A program made the translations under genes and the position numbers. Positions 16,587 to 27,378 of a stretch of 27,378 bases of DNA are shown here, piece by piece (position 1 is the first letter of the stretch; each line of letters starts with the position of its first letter). The notes beneath the pieces are model-generated. The model had not been told where the DNA came from, ran no database searches, and saw only the letters and a program-made list of their open reading frames with translations. The stretch is from an uncultured delta proteobacterium (GTDB lineage Bacteria > Desulfobacterota > Syntrophia > Syntrophales > UBA2192): positions 1 through 27,378 of the forward strand of contig CAVPJD010000027.1 of the NCBI GenBank assembly GCA_963705165.1, given 5' to 3'.

Positions 16587-19005
16587 ATGAAAGTCAGTTT
16601 ACGGTGGCTTAAAGATTACGTCGACATCGACATCTCCCCGTTGGAGCTGGCCGACCGCCTCACGATGGCAGGCCTCGAGGTGGATGCTGTCGAGGAGTAC
16701 ACCCCCGCATTCACGGGGGTCGTCACGGCAAAAATCCTTTCCATGAAACCACACCCCGGTGCGGACAAGCTTCACCTGCTGGAGGTGACAACGGGCGAGA
16801 AAGTGCTCCCGATCGTCTGCGGCGCCCAGAACATGAAGGCAGGCGACGTGGTGGCGCTCGCCACGGTGGGGGCCGCGATCCCCGGCGGATACAGCATCAA
16901 GAGCTCGAAGATCCGGGGGGAGGCCTCCGAGGGAATGCTCTGTTCCGAGGACGAGCTGGGAATCGGGCCCGACGCGTCGGGAATCATGATCTTGCCGGCC
17001 CAAACGCCTCTCGGGAGCGATCTCATCGAAGTCCTGGAGCTGCGGGACACCGTTCTCGACATCGGAATCACACCCAACCGGGCCGACTGCCTGAGCATCA
17101 TCGGGATTGCGCGCGAGGTGGCAGCTCTTTGCGGGAAGAAACTCCGCTACCCCGAGATCGCCTTCAGAGAGTCTTCCGTGGAAATTTCCCAGCTCACTTC
17201 CGTACAGATCCTGGACCCCGATATCTGTCCGCGATACACGGCCCGCATGATCAAGGGCGTGCGCATCCTGCCCTCGCCGAAATGGATGCGCCTTCGCCTC
17301 GAGGCCGTGGGGCTGAGGGCCATTAACAACGTGGTCGATGTGACCAACTTCGTCATGATGGAGCTGGGGCAGCCGCTCCATGCCTTTGACTTCCGCTTTC
17401 TCGAGGAGGGACGGATCGTCGTCCGCAGATCCAGGGAGGGCGAGCCCTTCGTCTCGCTGGATGGCAAGACCCGGAACCTGAATGCCGAGACCCTCATGAT
17501 CTGCGACGGCCGCAAGCCCGTGGCCATAGCCGGGATCATGGGCGGCGAGAACTCCGAGGTCAAGGAGGACACGGAGACGGTGCTTCTCGAGAGCGCCTAT
17601 TTCAATCCCTCCACGATCCGGCGGGGGGCGAGATTTCTCGGCATGGGCACAGATGCCGCCTTCCGCTTCGAGCGCGGGATCGACCCCGATGGGGTCGTGA
17701 GGGCCCTCGACCGGGCCGCACAGCTCATCGCCGATCTCTCGGGAGGAACCGTCTGCAAGGGGCATATCGACACCTATCCCAGGAAAGTCACCGTGTCGGG
17801 CCCCATCACGCTCAGGCTGAAGCGGGTCCGGGAGATATCTCGGCACCGAGGTGGAGGCCGAAGAAGTGGAGACCATCCTGAAGAGCCTCGAAATGACCGT
17901 GAAGAAGGCAGGGAAGGGGAGACTGTCCGTGACCCCTCCGACTTTCCGTGTCGATCTCTGGCGGGAAATCGATCTCATCGAGGAAATCGCCCGGCTTCAC
18001 GGCTATGACAGGATTCCCGTGACGATTCCCCCCATCCCCGCGCCCGGGGACATCCACGACCGGAAAAGGGAATTCGAGTCGGCCGTACGGACGGCGCTGA
18101 ACGGCCAGGGATTCACGGAGGTTCTCAACTACAGCTTCATCTCTGAGCAGTCGGCCGACGTGCTCGCGCTGCCCGAGACGGATGAGCGCCGCCGGTTCGT
18201 CCGGATCGCCAATCCGCTCACCGAGGACCAGGCCGTCATGCGCTCGACACTTCTCTACGGGCTTCTGGACACGATGAGGCGCAACGTCAACGCCGGCTCT
18301 CCGGACCTGAAGCTCTTCGAGCTGGGAAAGATCTTCATTGCCCGCGGCGAGGGGGAGCTGCCGCGCGAGGTGGACAAGCTTGCCCTTCTCCTGACAGGCG
18401 CGCGCTACGGGGAGAACTGGCATTTCCCGGCTCTTGCGGCCGATTTTTACGATCTCAAGGGGTCGCTCGAGAACCTGGCTTCCAGCCTGCGCCTTGCGGG
18501 TCTGCGCTTCATGTCCGACACGGCCATCCCCTATCTCCATCCGGGACGGGCGGCACGGGTATACCTCGGTGAGAGGGAGATCGGCTGCCTCGGGGAGCTC
18601 CATCCCGATGCCCTCGGGCGGATGGATATGCGCAACCGGGCCTTTGTCCTCGAGATCGAGACGGAGCCCCTGATGGGCCGGGGGGATGCCGCGATCCGCT
18701 ACCGGGAGTACTCCCGGTTCCCCTCCATGATCCGCGACGTGGCATTCCTCGTCGGAACGGATGTGGATGCGGAAGTGATGCTCTCCCTCGTGAGGGAGGC
18801 AGGGGAAGAATTGCTTGAAACGGCTGATGTTTTTGATGTATATAGCGGCAAGGGCATTCCTGAGGGCATGAAGAGTTTGGGCCTTCGGTTTACCTATCGA
18901 TCTCCTTCGAGGACGCTTACCGACGATGAAACCGGTCAGGTTCACGGCCGGATCGTAAAGAGGATCGTGGAATCGACCGGTGCGAGGATCAGGGGGGAAG
19001 GCTAA
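16587..19005 (+). CDS. pheT: Phenylalanine--tRNA ligase beta subunit, with one apparent frameshift at about 17837
   Basis: MKVSLRWLKDY, HPGADKL, IVCGA, SEGMLCS, ITPNRADCLS and FRFERG; then PTFRVDL.REIDLIEEIARLHGY and the FDX-ACB domain in the next frame. Removing one nt restores RVREILGTEV. Confidence 0.95.
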
Positions 19006-19034
19006 CAGGACATCGAGGCAGGGAAAAGAGGAGG

Positions 19035-19319
19035 ATGGCGATGACGAAGATAGACATCATTCAGAATGTCTGCGACAGGCTGGGATTTTCGAAGAAGGAT
19101 TCGGCCCGGATTGTGGAGTCGGTCTTTGACATCATGAAGGATGAGCTTGCCAAGGGGGACAAGGTCAAGATCTCGGGGTTCGGTAATTTCATCGTCAAGG
19201 ACAAGAATTCCCGCAGGGGCCGCAATCCCCAGACGGGTGCGGAGATCGAGATATCGGCCCGGCGGGTGCTCACGTTCAAGTCCAGCCAGGTCCTCAAAAA
19301 AGCCTTGAACATCAAGTAG
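19035..19319 (+). CDS. ihfA: Integration host factor subunit alpha
   Basis: MTK.DI, VKISGFGNF, RRGRNPQTG and ISARRVLTFK; canonical position after pheT. Confidence 0.93.
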   Translation: MAMTKIDIIQNVCDRLGFSKKDSARIVESVFDIMKDELAKGDKVKISGFGNFIVKDKNSRRGRNPQTGAEIEISARRVLTFKSSQVLKKALNIK

Positions 19320-19394
19320 ACGAGTCGCAACAATCCTCTCCGCTGAGGATGGGAGCAGCTTCCCGACGGGCATCTTCCGGTGAGAGGTTGTCCC

Positions 19395-19740
19395 ATGGAC
19401 ATCGAGATACCCGATAAAACCTATTTCCGCATCGGCGAGGTCAGCAAGATCCTGGGCGTGGAGCCTTACGTCGTCCGCTACTGGGAGACGGAATTCAAAA
19501 CGGTCAAACCCATCCGCACAAAGTCCGAGCAGCGCCTCTACCGGCAAAAGGATCTCGAGGAGCTGGCCCTCATCCGAAACCTCCTCTACCGGGACCGGTT
19601 CACCATCGCCGGCGCGAAGAAAAAGACTCCAGGAACTTCGAAGGAAAGCCCGTCGTTTCTGCGCGCCGACGGGGAATGCCGGGAGAAGCTTCGATCGATC
19701 AAGACAGGAGTTGAAAGCCATCCGGGATCTGTTGAGCTGA
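19395..19740 (+). CDS. MerR-family HTH protein (ihfA-linked), with apparent frameshift(s) after about 19620
   Basis: IPDKTYFRIGEVS.ILGVEPYVVRYWETEF...RLYR..D...LLY..RFTIAGAK. The C-terminal QELKAIRDLLS* lies in the +1 frame and ends at TGA 19740, just before the terminator. Confidence 0.85.
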
Positions 19741-19754
19741 ACCGCAACGAGACG

Positions 19755-19803
19755 AAAAAAAGCCGGTCCGTAAGGGAGACGTCCCTGCGGACCGGCTTTT
19801 TTT
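19755..19803. terminator. Bidirectional intrinsic terminator
   Basis: A7-GCCGGTCCG...GGGA-GACG-TCCC...CGGACCGGC-T7 between convergent genes. Confidence 0.88.
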
Positions 19804-19847
19804 ACCTATGCAACCGGGTGCAGGCGGCGTTGCCTGCAGAGCCGGTG

Positions 19848-20127
19848 TTATTTCTTTGCGGCTCTCTTGGAAGCCTTGAGGGGGTTGACCTTCTGCGGCT
19901 TCCTCTTTGACGGCCTTCTTGTGCGTCGCCTGGGGGCATCCACCCACGGACCACTTGCCCGCCGGGTTGGGGTAGATCATGCAATACTTCTCGCCGAGTA
20001 CTCGATCACCTTCCCGCAGCCCTCGCACTGCTCCACGATCTTCATGGCAGCTGCCGCCTACGAAGCCGCAACCGTTCTTCGTCATGAACGCACACTCGAC
20101 ACCTGTTTTGATAGTCTGGCAAACCAC
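19848..20127 (-). CDS. PxxKW-family small cysteine-rich protein, about 3 apparent indels
   Basis: SD AGGGAGGTG then GTG 20127. Reconstructed sequence: MVCQTIKTGVECAFMTKNGCGFVGGSCH.IVEQCEGCGKV...YCMIYPNPAGKWSVGGCPQATH...KVNPLKASKRAAKK*. Confidence 0.8.
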
Positions 20128-20284
20128 GGTGACTGACACCTCCCTTATGTTTTCACTTTGTTTATGAATGAGTGCAAAAAAACCGGATCGTCAAATCCGG
20201 GATTTTTCCGGTCCCCGCAAAAAAGCGGCCATCCCGCGTGGGATGGCTCGGACCAAACCTATCCTTTTATTCTGTCGGCGGCCG

Positions 20285-20313
20285 TAATTAACAGAAAAAA
20301 CAAGGCCTGTCAA
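20285..20313 (-). promoter_or_regulatory. Candidate promoter for the PxxKW gene or its leader RNA
   Basis: Minus strand: TTGACA, 17-nt spacer ending in TGT, then TAATTA. Confidence 0.5.
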
Positions 20314-20478
20314 GGCAAAATCAACGGCAGGAACCATGATAAATACGAACGTCCCGGCAGCAACGTTCGATACGCTCACGCAGGAGCTGGGGAATTGAAC
20401 CCGTTGTGATTAACGTTCCTCCAGGCCGCGGCAGGGTTGTGTCAGAAACGCTATTCAGGGGGTTGCCGCTTAGATACA

Positions 20479-20507
20479 TTGACTAATATCCCGGTTCGTG
20501 TTAATAA
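20479..20507 (+). promoter_or_regulatory. Candidate promoter for the PTS IID-ptsH-ptsI-plsB genes
   Basis: TTGACT, 17-nt spacer ending in TGT, then TAATAA. Confidence 0.5.
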
Positions 20508-20580
20508 ATCCCTGCGTCCGGAGCGCGTCGCGCCGGACAGCCTAATTGCATAAATTTAACAATGAATCGGCATCGGTCAA

Positions 20581-21319
20581 GTGTTGAAGAGGAAAATACT
20601 CTTAACGATATTCTCGAGATCGCTCTTGATACAAGCTTCATGGAATGTCTCGCGGATGCAGGGTCTCGGCTTTGCCTATGCCATCGCTCCCCTCGCCGCG
20701 GCGGAGGCTGAGCCCGGGCAACGTGAAACATCGGCCCTCCTCGCCAGACACCTGCAGCGGTTCAACACCCATCCCTATATGGCTGCGCCCATCATCGGAA
20801 CGGTCAGCCGGCTCGAAGCCGAAAACCGGTTCTCGGAGACGGCCGATCTGAAGAATGCCCTTATGGGTCCTTACGCAGCGATCGGGGATCCCTTCTTCTG
20901 GGGCTCCCTCAGGCCGTTCTCAGGCATTGCGGCCGTCTGCCTTGCGATCAAGGGTTTTTTCCTTGCCCCGCTCCTGTTCCTGATCCTCTACAACCCGGTC
21001 CATCTCTGGGTGCGGATCCGGGGGTTCATCACGGGCTGGCAGCAGGGAAAGAACGCCGTTGAGTTCATCCGGCGCCTGGAACTGCCCGCGATGTCGAGGC
21101 GGATCCGTTGGTGTTCCACGATCCTCCTGGGGTGTGCGGCTTATCTGGCCTCTGCGGCAGGAGCGTCTCATGGACCTTGTTCAGCCCGGCCTGCCGGGGC
21201 AGGTCGGAGGCCTTCTGGTGGTCCTGGCCAGCTTCCTGGCCGTGAGAAAGGGGATTTCCCCCCTGGCGATCCTGTACGGGTCGGTGACGTTTTTTGCCTT
21301 TGTGATGATGATGCGATGA
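20581..21319 (+). CDS. manZ: PTS mannose/fructose/sorbose-family IID component, with apparent frameshift at about 21160
   Basis: RSLLIQASWN..RMQGLGF, RHLQRFNTHP and ALMGPYAAIGDPFFWG. The final TM segments (GLLVVLASFLAV...ILYGSVTFFAFV) lie in the +1 frame, ending at TGA 21319 with an ATGA overlap onto ptsH. Confidence 0.85.
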
Positions 21320-21588
21320 TCGTTCAAAAGACCCTCACGATCAAGAATGAACTCGGTCTTCACGCCCGCTCGGCGGCCATGATCGTCCGGGTGCTGGAGC
21401 GCTACCGGTCGAGCGTGTTCCTGGAGAGGGAAGGAAACCAGGTCGACGCGAGAAGCCTCCTGGACATCCTCACCCTGGCCTGCCCGAAGGACAGCCGGAT
21501 CGTGGTGCGGGCCGACGGGGACGATGCGCGGGAGGCCGTGAACAGCATTGCGAAACTCGTCGATGACAAGTTCGGAGAGGCTGCATGA
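21316..21588 (+). CDS. ptsH: Phosphocarrier protein HPr
   Basis: MIVQKTLTIKNELGLHARSAA (His15), DARSLLDIL (Ser46 equivalent) and ADGDDAREA. Confidence 0.92.
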   Translation: MIVQKTLTIKNELGLHARSAAMIVRVLERYRSSVFLEREGNQVDARSLLDILTLACPKDSRIVVRADGDDAREAVNSIAKLVDDKFGEAA

Positions 21589-23363
21589 ACCCCGGTGAGC
21601 CCAAAAGAACCGTCGTCCTGCAGGGACTCGGCGTCTCCCCCGGGGTGGCCATCGGTGTGGCCCACCTGATCCGGCGCGTCGATGCCCCCATCTCCCGTTA
21701 CCAGCTCGAGGACAGGAGCCTCATTGCGGACGAGATCCGCCGGCTCCGCAAGGCCCTCAAGGACTCCGAGAACCAGCTGCTGGAGATCAAGCGCAAGTTC
21801 AAGGACCAGGAGGGCCTGGAAACCCTCTACATCCTCGACGTCCACATCATGATCCTCAAGGACAAGATGCTCATCCGGCAGACGATCCAGAACATCGAGG
21901 ACAAGGGGGTCAATGCCGAGTGGGCCCTGCGGATGACCCTCGACAAGTATCGCGACGTCTTCAGCAAGGTCGATGACGAGTATCTGCGCGAGCGGATCAG
22001 CGACGTAGAGTACGCCGGGCAGAGAATATTGAGAAACCTGGCCGGGGTCCATCACGAGACCATCTCGGGGATCGGCGATAACGCCATCATCATTGCCCGC
22101 GATCTCTCTCCTGCCGATACGATGCAGATGAAGGTGGAGAAGATCCAGGGATTCGCCACCGACATGGGCGGCAAGACCTCCCATACCACCATCGTGGCCC
22201 GGGCCTACGAGATCCCGGCTGTCGTGGGGCTCGAGAAGATCACGTCGGAGGCCAAGACGGGGGACATCGTCATCATCGACGGGACGGCGGGGGCCGTCAT
22301 CGTCAACCCCGACCCGGAGATCATCCGCCGCTACGAGGAGAAAAAAAGGCACTACGAAACGATCGAGGACAGCCTCCTCAAGCATGCCCGGAAGACGGCC
22401 ACGACGCTCGACAAGCGCCGGGTGCTCATCGGGGCCAACATCGAGTTCCCCGAGGAGATTGCCTCGGCCGTGCATCACGGCACCGACGGGATCGGGCTGT
22501 ACCGGACGGAGTTCATCTACATCAACCGGGACCGCCTTCCGACCGAGGAAGAGCATTTCTGCACCTACAAGAAGGTCGTCGAGTCGAAGGGAATCCGCTG
22601 GTCCACGATCCGGACGTTCGACCTGGGCGGCGACAAGTTCATCTCCGACCCGCGGCTTGCCGCCGAGATGAACCCCGTCATGGGCCTGCGGGCCATCCGG
22701 TTCTGCCTGAGGGAGGTGGATCTCTTCAAGGTCCAGCTCAGGGCCATCCTGAGGGCCAGCGCCTACGGGAAGACGAAGGTGCTCTTCCCCATGATCTCGG
22801 GGATGGAGGAGCTGCTGGAGACCAAGCGGATCTTCAACGAGGTGAAAAAGGAGCTCAAGCGCGACGGCATCCCCTACGGCAAGGACGTCAAGATCGGGAT
22901 CATGATGGAGGTTCCCTCGGCAGCGCTCATCGCCGAGGATCTTGCCAAAGAGGTGGACTTCTTCAGCATCGGCACCAACGACCTCATCCAGTACACCCTG
23001 GCCATCGACCGGGTAAACGAGAGGGTCAGCTACCTCTACGAACCGCTTCACCCGGCGGTGCTGAAGCTCATCCGCCAGATCGTGGAGGCGGGTCACAAGG
23101 CCGGCATCGAGGTTGCCATGTGCGGGGAGATGGCGGGCGAGCCCGTCTACACCATGGTCCTGCTCGGTCTCGGTCTCGACGAGCTGAGCATGAACGCGCT
23201 GGTGATCCCTCGGATCAAGAAGGTCATCCGGGCCGTCACGGTGAAGGAGTGCCGCAAGCTCGTCGATCGGATCATGTCCTTCAACATGGCCTCCGAGATC
23301 GAGTTTTTTGTCAGGGAAACCATGCGGCGGAAGTTCACAGACGACTTTGAAGTTACGGAATGA
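21585..23363 (+). CDS. ptsI: PEP-protein phosphotransferase (enzyme I)
   Basis: GGKTSHTTI (phospho-His), GIGLYRTEF, IRTFDLGGDK, NPVMGLRAIR, FSIGTNDLIQY and MCGEMAG. Confidence 0.97.
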   Translation: MNPGEPKRTVVLQGLGVSPGVAIGVAHLIRRVDAPISRYQLEDRSLIADEIRRLRKALKDSENQLLEIKRKFKDQEGLETLYILDVHIMILKDKMLIRQTIQNIEDKGVNAEWALRMTLDKYRDVFSKVDDEYLRERISDVEYAGQRILRNLAGVHHETISGIGDNAIIIARDLSPADTMQMKVEKIQGFATDMGGKTSHTTIVARAYEIPAVVGLEKITSEAKTGDIVIIDGTAGAVIVNPDPEIIRRYEEKKRHYETIEDSLLKHARKTATTLDKRRVLIGANIEFPEEIASAVHHGTDGIGLYRTEFIYINRDRLPTEEEHFCTYKKVVESKGIRWSTIRTFDLGGDKFISDPRLAAEMNPVMGLRAIRFCLREVDLFKVQLRAILRASAYGKTKVLFPMISGMEELLETKRIFNEVKKELKRDGIPYGKDVKIGIMMEVPSAALIAEDLAKEVDFFSIGTNDLIQYTLAIDRVNERVSYLYEPLHPAVLKLIRQIVEAGHKAGIEVAMCGEMAGEPVYTMVLLGLGLDELSMNALVIPRIKKVIRAVTVKECRKLVDRIMSFNMASEIEFFVRETMRRKFTDDFEVTE

Positions 23364-23376
23364 CCCCGGAGTCGCC

Positions 23377-25961
23377 ATGAGTCAGGACCCCCACAGCATG
23401 CCTGCCGGCGTCGAGGAGCCTCCCGGCGGGAACGCCGGGGAGAAGATCACCCCTCCTGTTTTACCGGTTTCTCTCGCGATATCTCTCCAAAGTGGAACTG
23501 GCCCCCGAGTGCGAGCAGGCCCTGAAGGGGCTTTCCGAAAAAGGGGTTGTCGTTTACGCGCTGAAATACCGAAGCCGTCTCAACAGCCTCATTCTCCACG
23601 ATCTCGGCCTGAGGATGAACATCCCGCAGCCTCTCTATTTCCATGGGGCGGGATCGTTCCTCTGGAGGCCCGCCGCGAAAATCGTCCGGTCCCTGCTGAG
23701 AAGCCGTCCTGCCGATCCGGGGTCCACGGGGGACCTCGACCGCCTCACCCGCCTTCGTGTAAGCTCCGTGATCTATCTGCGCGGCTCCGAGCGCGATGAC
23801 GCGGGAGACCCCCTCGTCCAGCTCCTGAGCGCCCAGAAGGCCCTCGACACCCCGGTCTATATTGTCCCTGTGGCCGTCACCTACGGCCCGCGCCGGGAGA
23901 AAAAGGAACGCCCCCTGGTGGACATCTTTTTCGGCGACCAGGAGCATCCCGGCTGGTTGAGGCGGCTCATCGCTTTCATCCGGTACAAGAACCGGACCTC
24001 CGTCATCGCCGCGGAGCCGGCGGAGCTGTCCCGCATGCTGAACGAGGCGTCAGGCGGGCCCCCGTCGGAGCTTGCCGCGGCGCTGAGAGGCGATCTCATC
24101 GGCCGGATCGACCGCGAGACGCGTGCGGCCCTGGGTCCCCGCGTCAAGGCCCGCGAGGAGATCATGGGCATGGCGCTCCGTGACGACGATCTCGTTCGCT
24201 TCATGGAACAGCACGCCGCGGCAACGAAAAAAGACCTTCCCTCGATCCGGAAGCAGGCGAGGAGGTATCTCGAAGAGATCGCCGCGGACTATGTCGATTT
24301 TTACATCGAGCTCTGGGACAAGGCCCTCACCTGGCTCTGGAACAATGTCTATGACGGGGTCGTCGTCGACCGGGAGGGGCTCACCCGGATCCGTGACATC
24401 TCCCGGCGCATGCCCTGCCTCATCATCCCGTGCCACCGCAGCCACATCGACTACCTGCTTTTGTCCTACGTCTTCTACAAGCACAATATCCCGCTGCCCT
24501 TCATCGCGGCAGGGACGAACCTCATGTTCTGGCCCCTCGGTCACATCTTCCGCAAGGCGGGGGCCTTTTTCATTCGTAGGACTTTTGGAGGCAACCTCCT
24601 GTACCGGCAGGTGATGGAGAGCTACGTCAAGACACTGCTGGGGCTAGGGTACCCTCTCGAGTTTTTCATCGAAGGGGGGCGGAGCCGGACGGGAAAGATG
24701 GTCATGCCGAAGTACGGGATGCTCTCCATGGTCATCCAGGCGAACATGGACTCACAACAGGATCTCGCCATCATCCCCGTCTTCATAGGCTATGACCGCG
24801 TCATGGAGGAGAAGTCCTACCTGCAGGAGCTGGGGGGCGCCGCGAAGGAGAAGGAGAGGGCCAGCTCCGTCATCAAGAGCAGCAAGCTGCTCAACAAGCG
24901 TTACGGGCGCGTCTATGTGAACGTGGGCGAGCCGATCTACATGCGCTCGTACATGCAGGCCCAGGACAAGACGCTGGAGGCCATGGACGTTGACGAGCGT
25001 CGCAGCCTCTACCGGAAGATCAGCTACGAGGTCGTGAGCGAAATCAGCCGCGTGTCCGTCCTGACGCCCTTTGCCCTCGTGGCCGCTGCACTGCTGTGCC
25101 ACTACAAGCGGGGCCTGACCCGCAACGATCTGCTGGAGATCATCCACGAGCTGTTCCACTACCTGGCCTCGCGCGGCGTGCCCATCGCGTCCACCTTCGC
25201 CAACCCCGAGCGGGCCATCCAGGACGCCCTCGAGCAGTTCAAGGCCATGGGGCTCATCTCCGAGATGGGCGCCGAGGAGGGCGAGGAGGACGAGTTCGCC
25301 GAGGTCGTCTTTTCGCTCGACGAGGAGAAGCGCCTTCACCTCGAGTACTACAAGAACAACATCCTGCACTTCTTCGTGCCGCTTTCCTTCGTGGCGGCTT
25401 CCATCCTCTCGAAGAGCGAGGATGCGATCCCGCTGGTTACGCTCATGGAGGATTACAAGTTCTTCAAGCGGCTCTTCCGGCACGAGTTCATCTTCGACCA
25501 CCGCAAAGGCGATGCCGAGGAGGTCCACGAGGCCCTGGCCTACCTGCTGGACCGGGGGATGATCGTCGGTCTCGAGAAAGGGGACGAGGCCTGGATCGAG
25601 GTGAAAGGGAAAGGGCAGGATGTATCTGCGGCCCTATGCCGGGCTCATCCAGAACTACATCGAATCCTACTGGGTCGTCACGAGGGGTTCGTCCTATCTG
25701 AAGAAAGACATGCGCACGGACAAGGAATTCCTCAAGCTGGTGCAGAAGCTCGGCACCCGGATGTACAAGAAAGGGGAGATCCTGCGAAACGAGGCCCAGA
25801 GCGTCTCCAACTACCAGAACGCCATGAAGGCGCTGCTGGACGAGGAGATCCTCAAAGCCGTGGAGCGGAAGGAAAAGAAGGAGACCAGGACCTTCTACTC
25901 CCTCACGGAGAACAAGGGGCGGATCGAGGCATTGAGGCAGAGGATATTCCGATTCCTGTAA
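23377..25961 (+). CDS. plsB: Glycerol-3-phosphate acyltransferase (PlsB-like), with apparent frameshifts at about 23445 and 25615
   Basis: HRSHIDY (HX4D), AAGTNL, GAFFIRR, FIEGGRSRTG, YGRVYVN.GEP and LEYYKNNILH. The C-terminus continues in the 25620-25961 ORF. The start is uncertain. Confidence 0.88.
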
Positions 25962-26008
25962 GACAGCTGTCGCGGGTAGCGCAAAGGGTGAAGGGAAAAA
26001 GACAAGAA

Positions 26009-26046
26009 GCCCGATTCAGCTTGAGCTGAATCGGGCCTCTTTTTTT
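26009..26046. terminator. Intrinsic terminator between convergent plsB and eno
   Basis: GCCCGATTCAGC-TTGA-GCTGAATCGGGC perfect 12-bp stem, followed by CTC-T7, with an A-rich 5' flank. Confidence 0.85.
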
Positions 26047-26064
26047 CCTTTGCCATAGCCTTGC

Positions 26065-27378
<1,314 letters not shown>

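Noticed and set aside
17820..17860. Programmed frameshift or naturally split pheT (similarly rsmI and plsB)
   Set aside because: No slippery heptamer or stimulatory structure is evident, and many scattered 1-nt indels point to sequencing error.
20158..20409. 83-aa ORF and other short ORFs in the PxxKW-manZ spacer
   Set aside because: No SD, atypical codon usage, and they overlap hairpins and promoter motifs that explain the sequence better.
20581..21588. Apparent 335-aa PTS IID-HPr fusion protein in the ORF track
   Set aside because: The linker is out-of-frame nonsense. The real hydrophobic IID C-terminus is in the +1 frame and ends at 21319 with an ATGA overlap onto the HPr start, so a 1-nt error explains the fusion.

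Overview
GC-rich bacterial housekeeping region. Gene content and order suggest Desulfobacterota/Deltaproteobacteria, possibly Syntrophales-like (inference). Order: truncated receiver-domain fragment, argS, SPOR protein, ffh, rpsP, khpA, rimM, trmD, SPOUT-type RNA methyltransferase, rplS, rnhB, yraN, rsmI, small acidic PopZ/RomR-C-like protein, FlgT_N-like exported protein, lipoprotein, pgsA-like gene, tRNA-Val(GAC), thrS, infC (AUA start), rpmI, rplT, pheS, pheT, ihfA, MerR-like gene, (-) PxxKW Cys-rich protein, PTS IID, HPr, enzyme I, plsB, (-) eno. Eight genes, including essential pheT, have apparent 1-nt frameshifts, most likely uncorrected long-read errors. The most unusual signal is non-coding. 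At least eight intergenic spacers carry short tandem repeat arrays of 7-8 nt units, mostly a different unit per site and nearly all with an AGG/CCT core; two also nest a 6- or 9-nt array. Most are arranged as a left array, a short spacer (usually AT-rich) and a reverse-complement right array, and often start at or just after a stop codon. Two arrays are telomere-like (TAWAGGG)n G-quadruplex motifs. Candidate structured leaders also precede argS, rplT, the MerR gene and the PxxKW gene.
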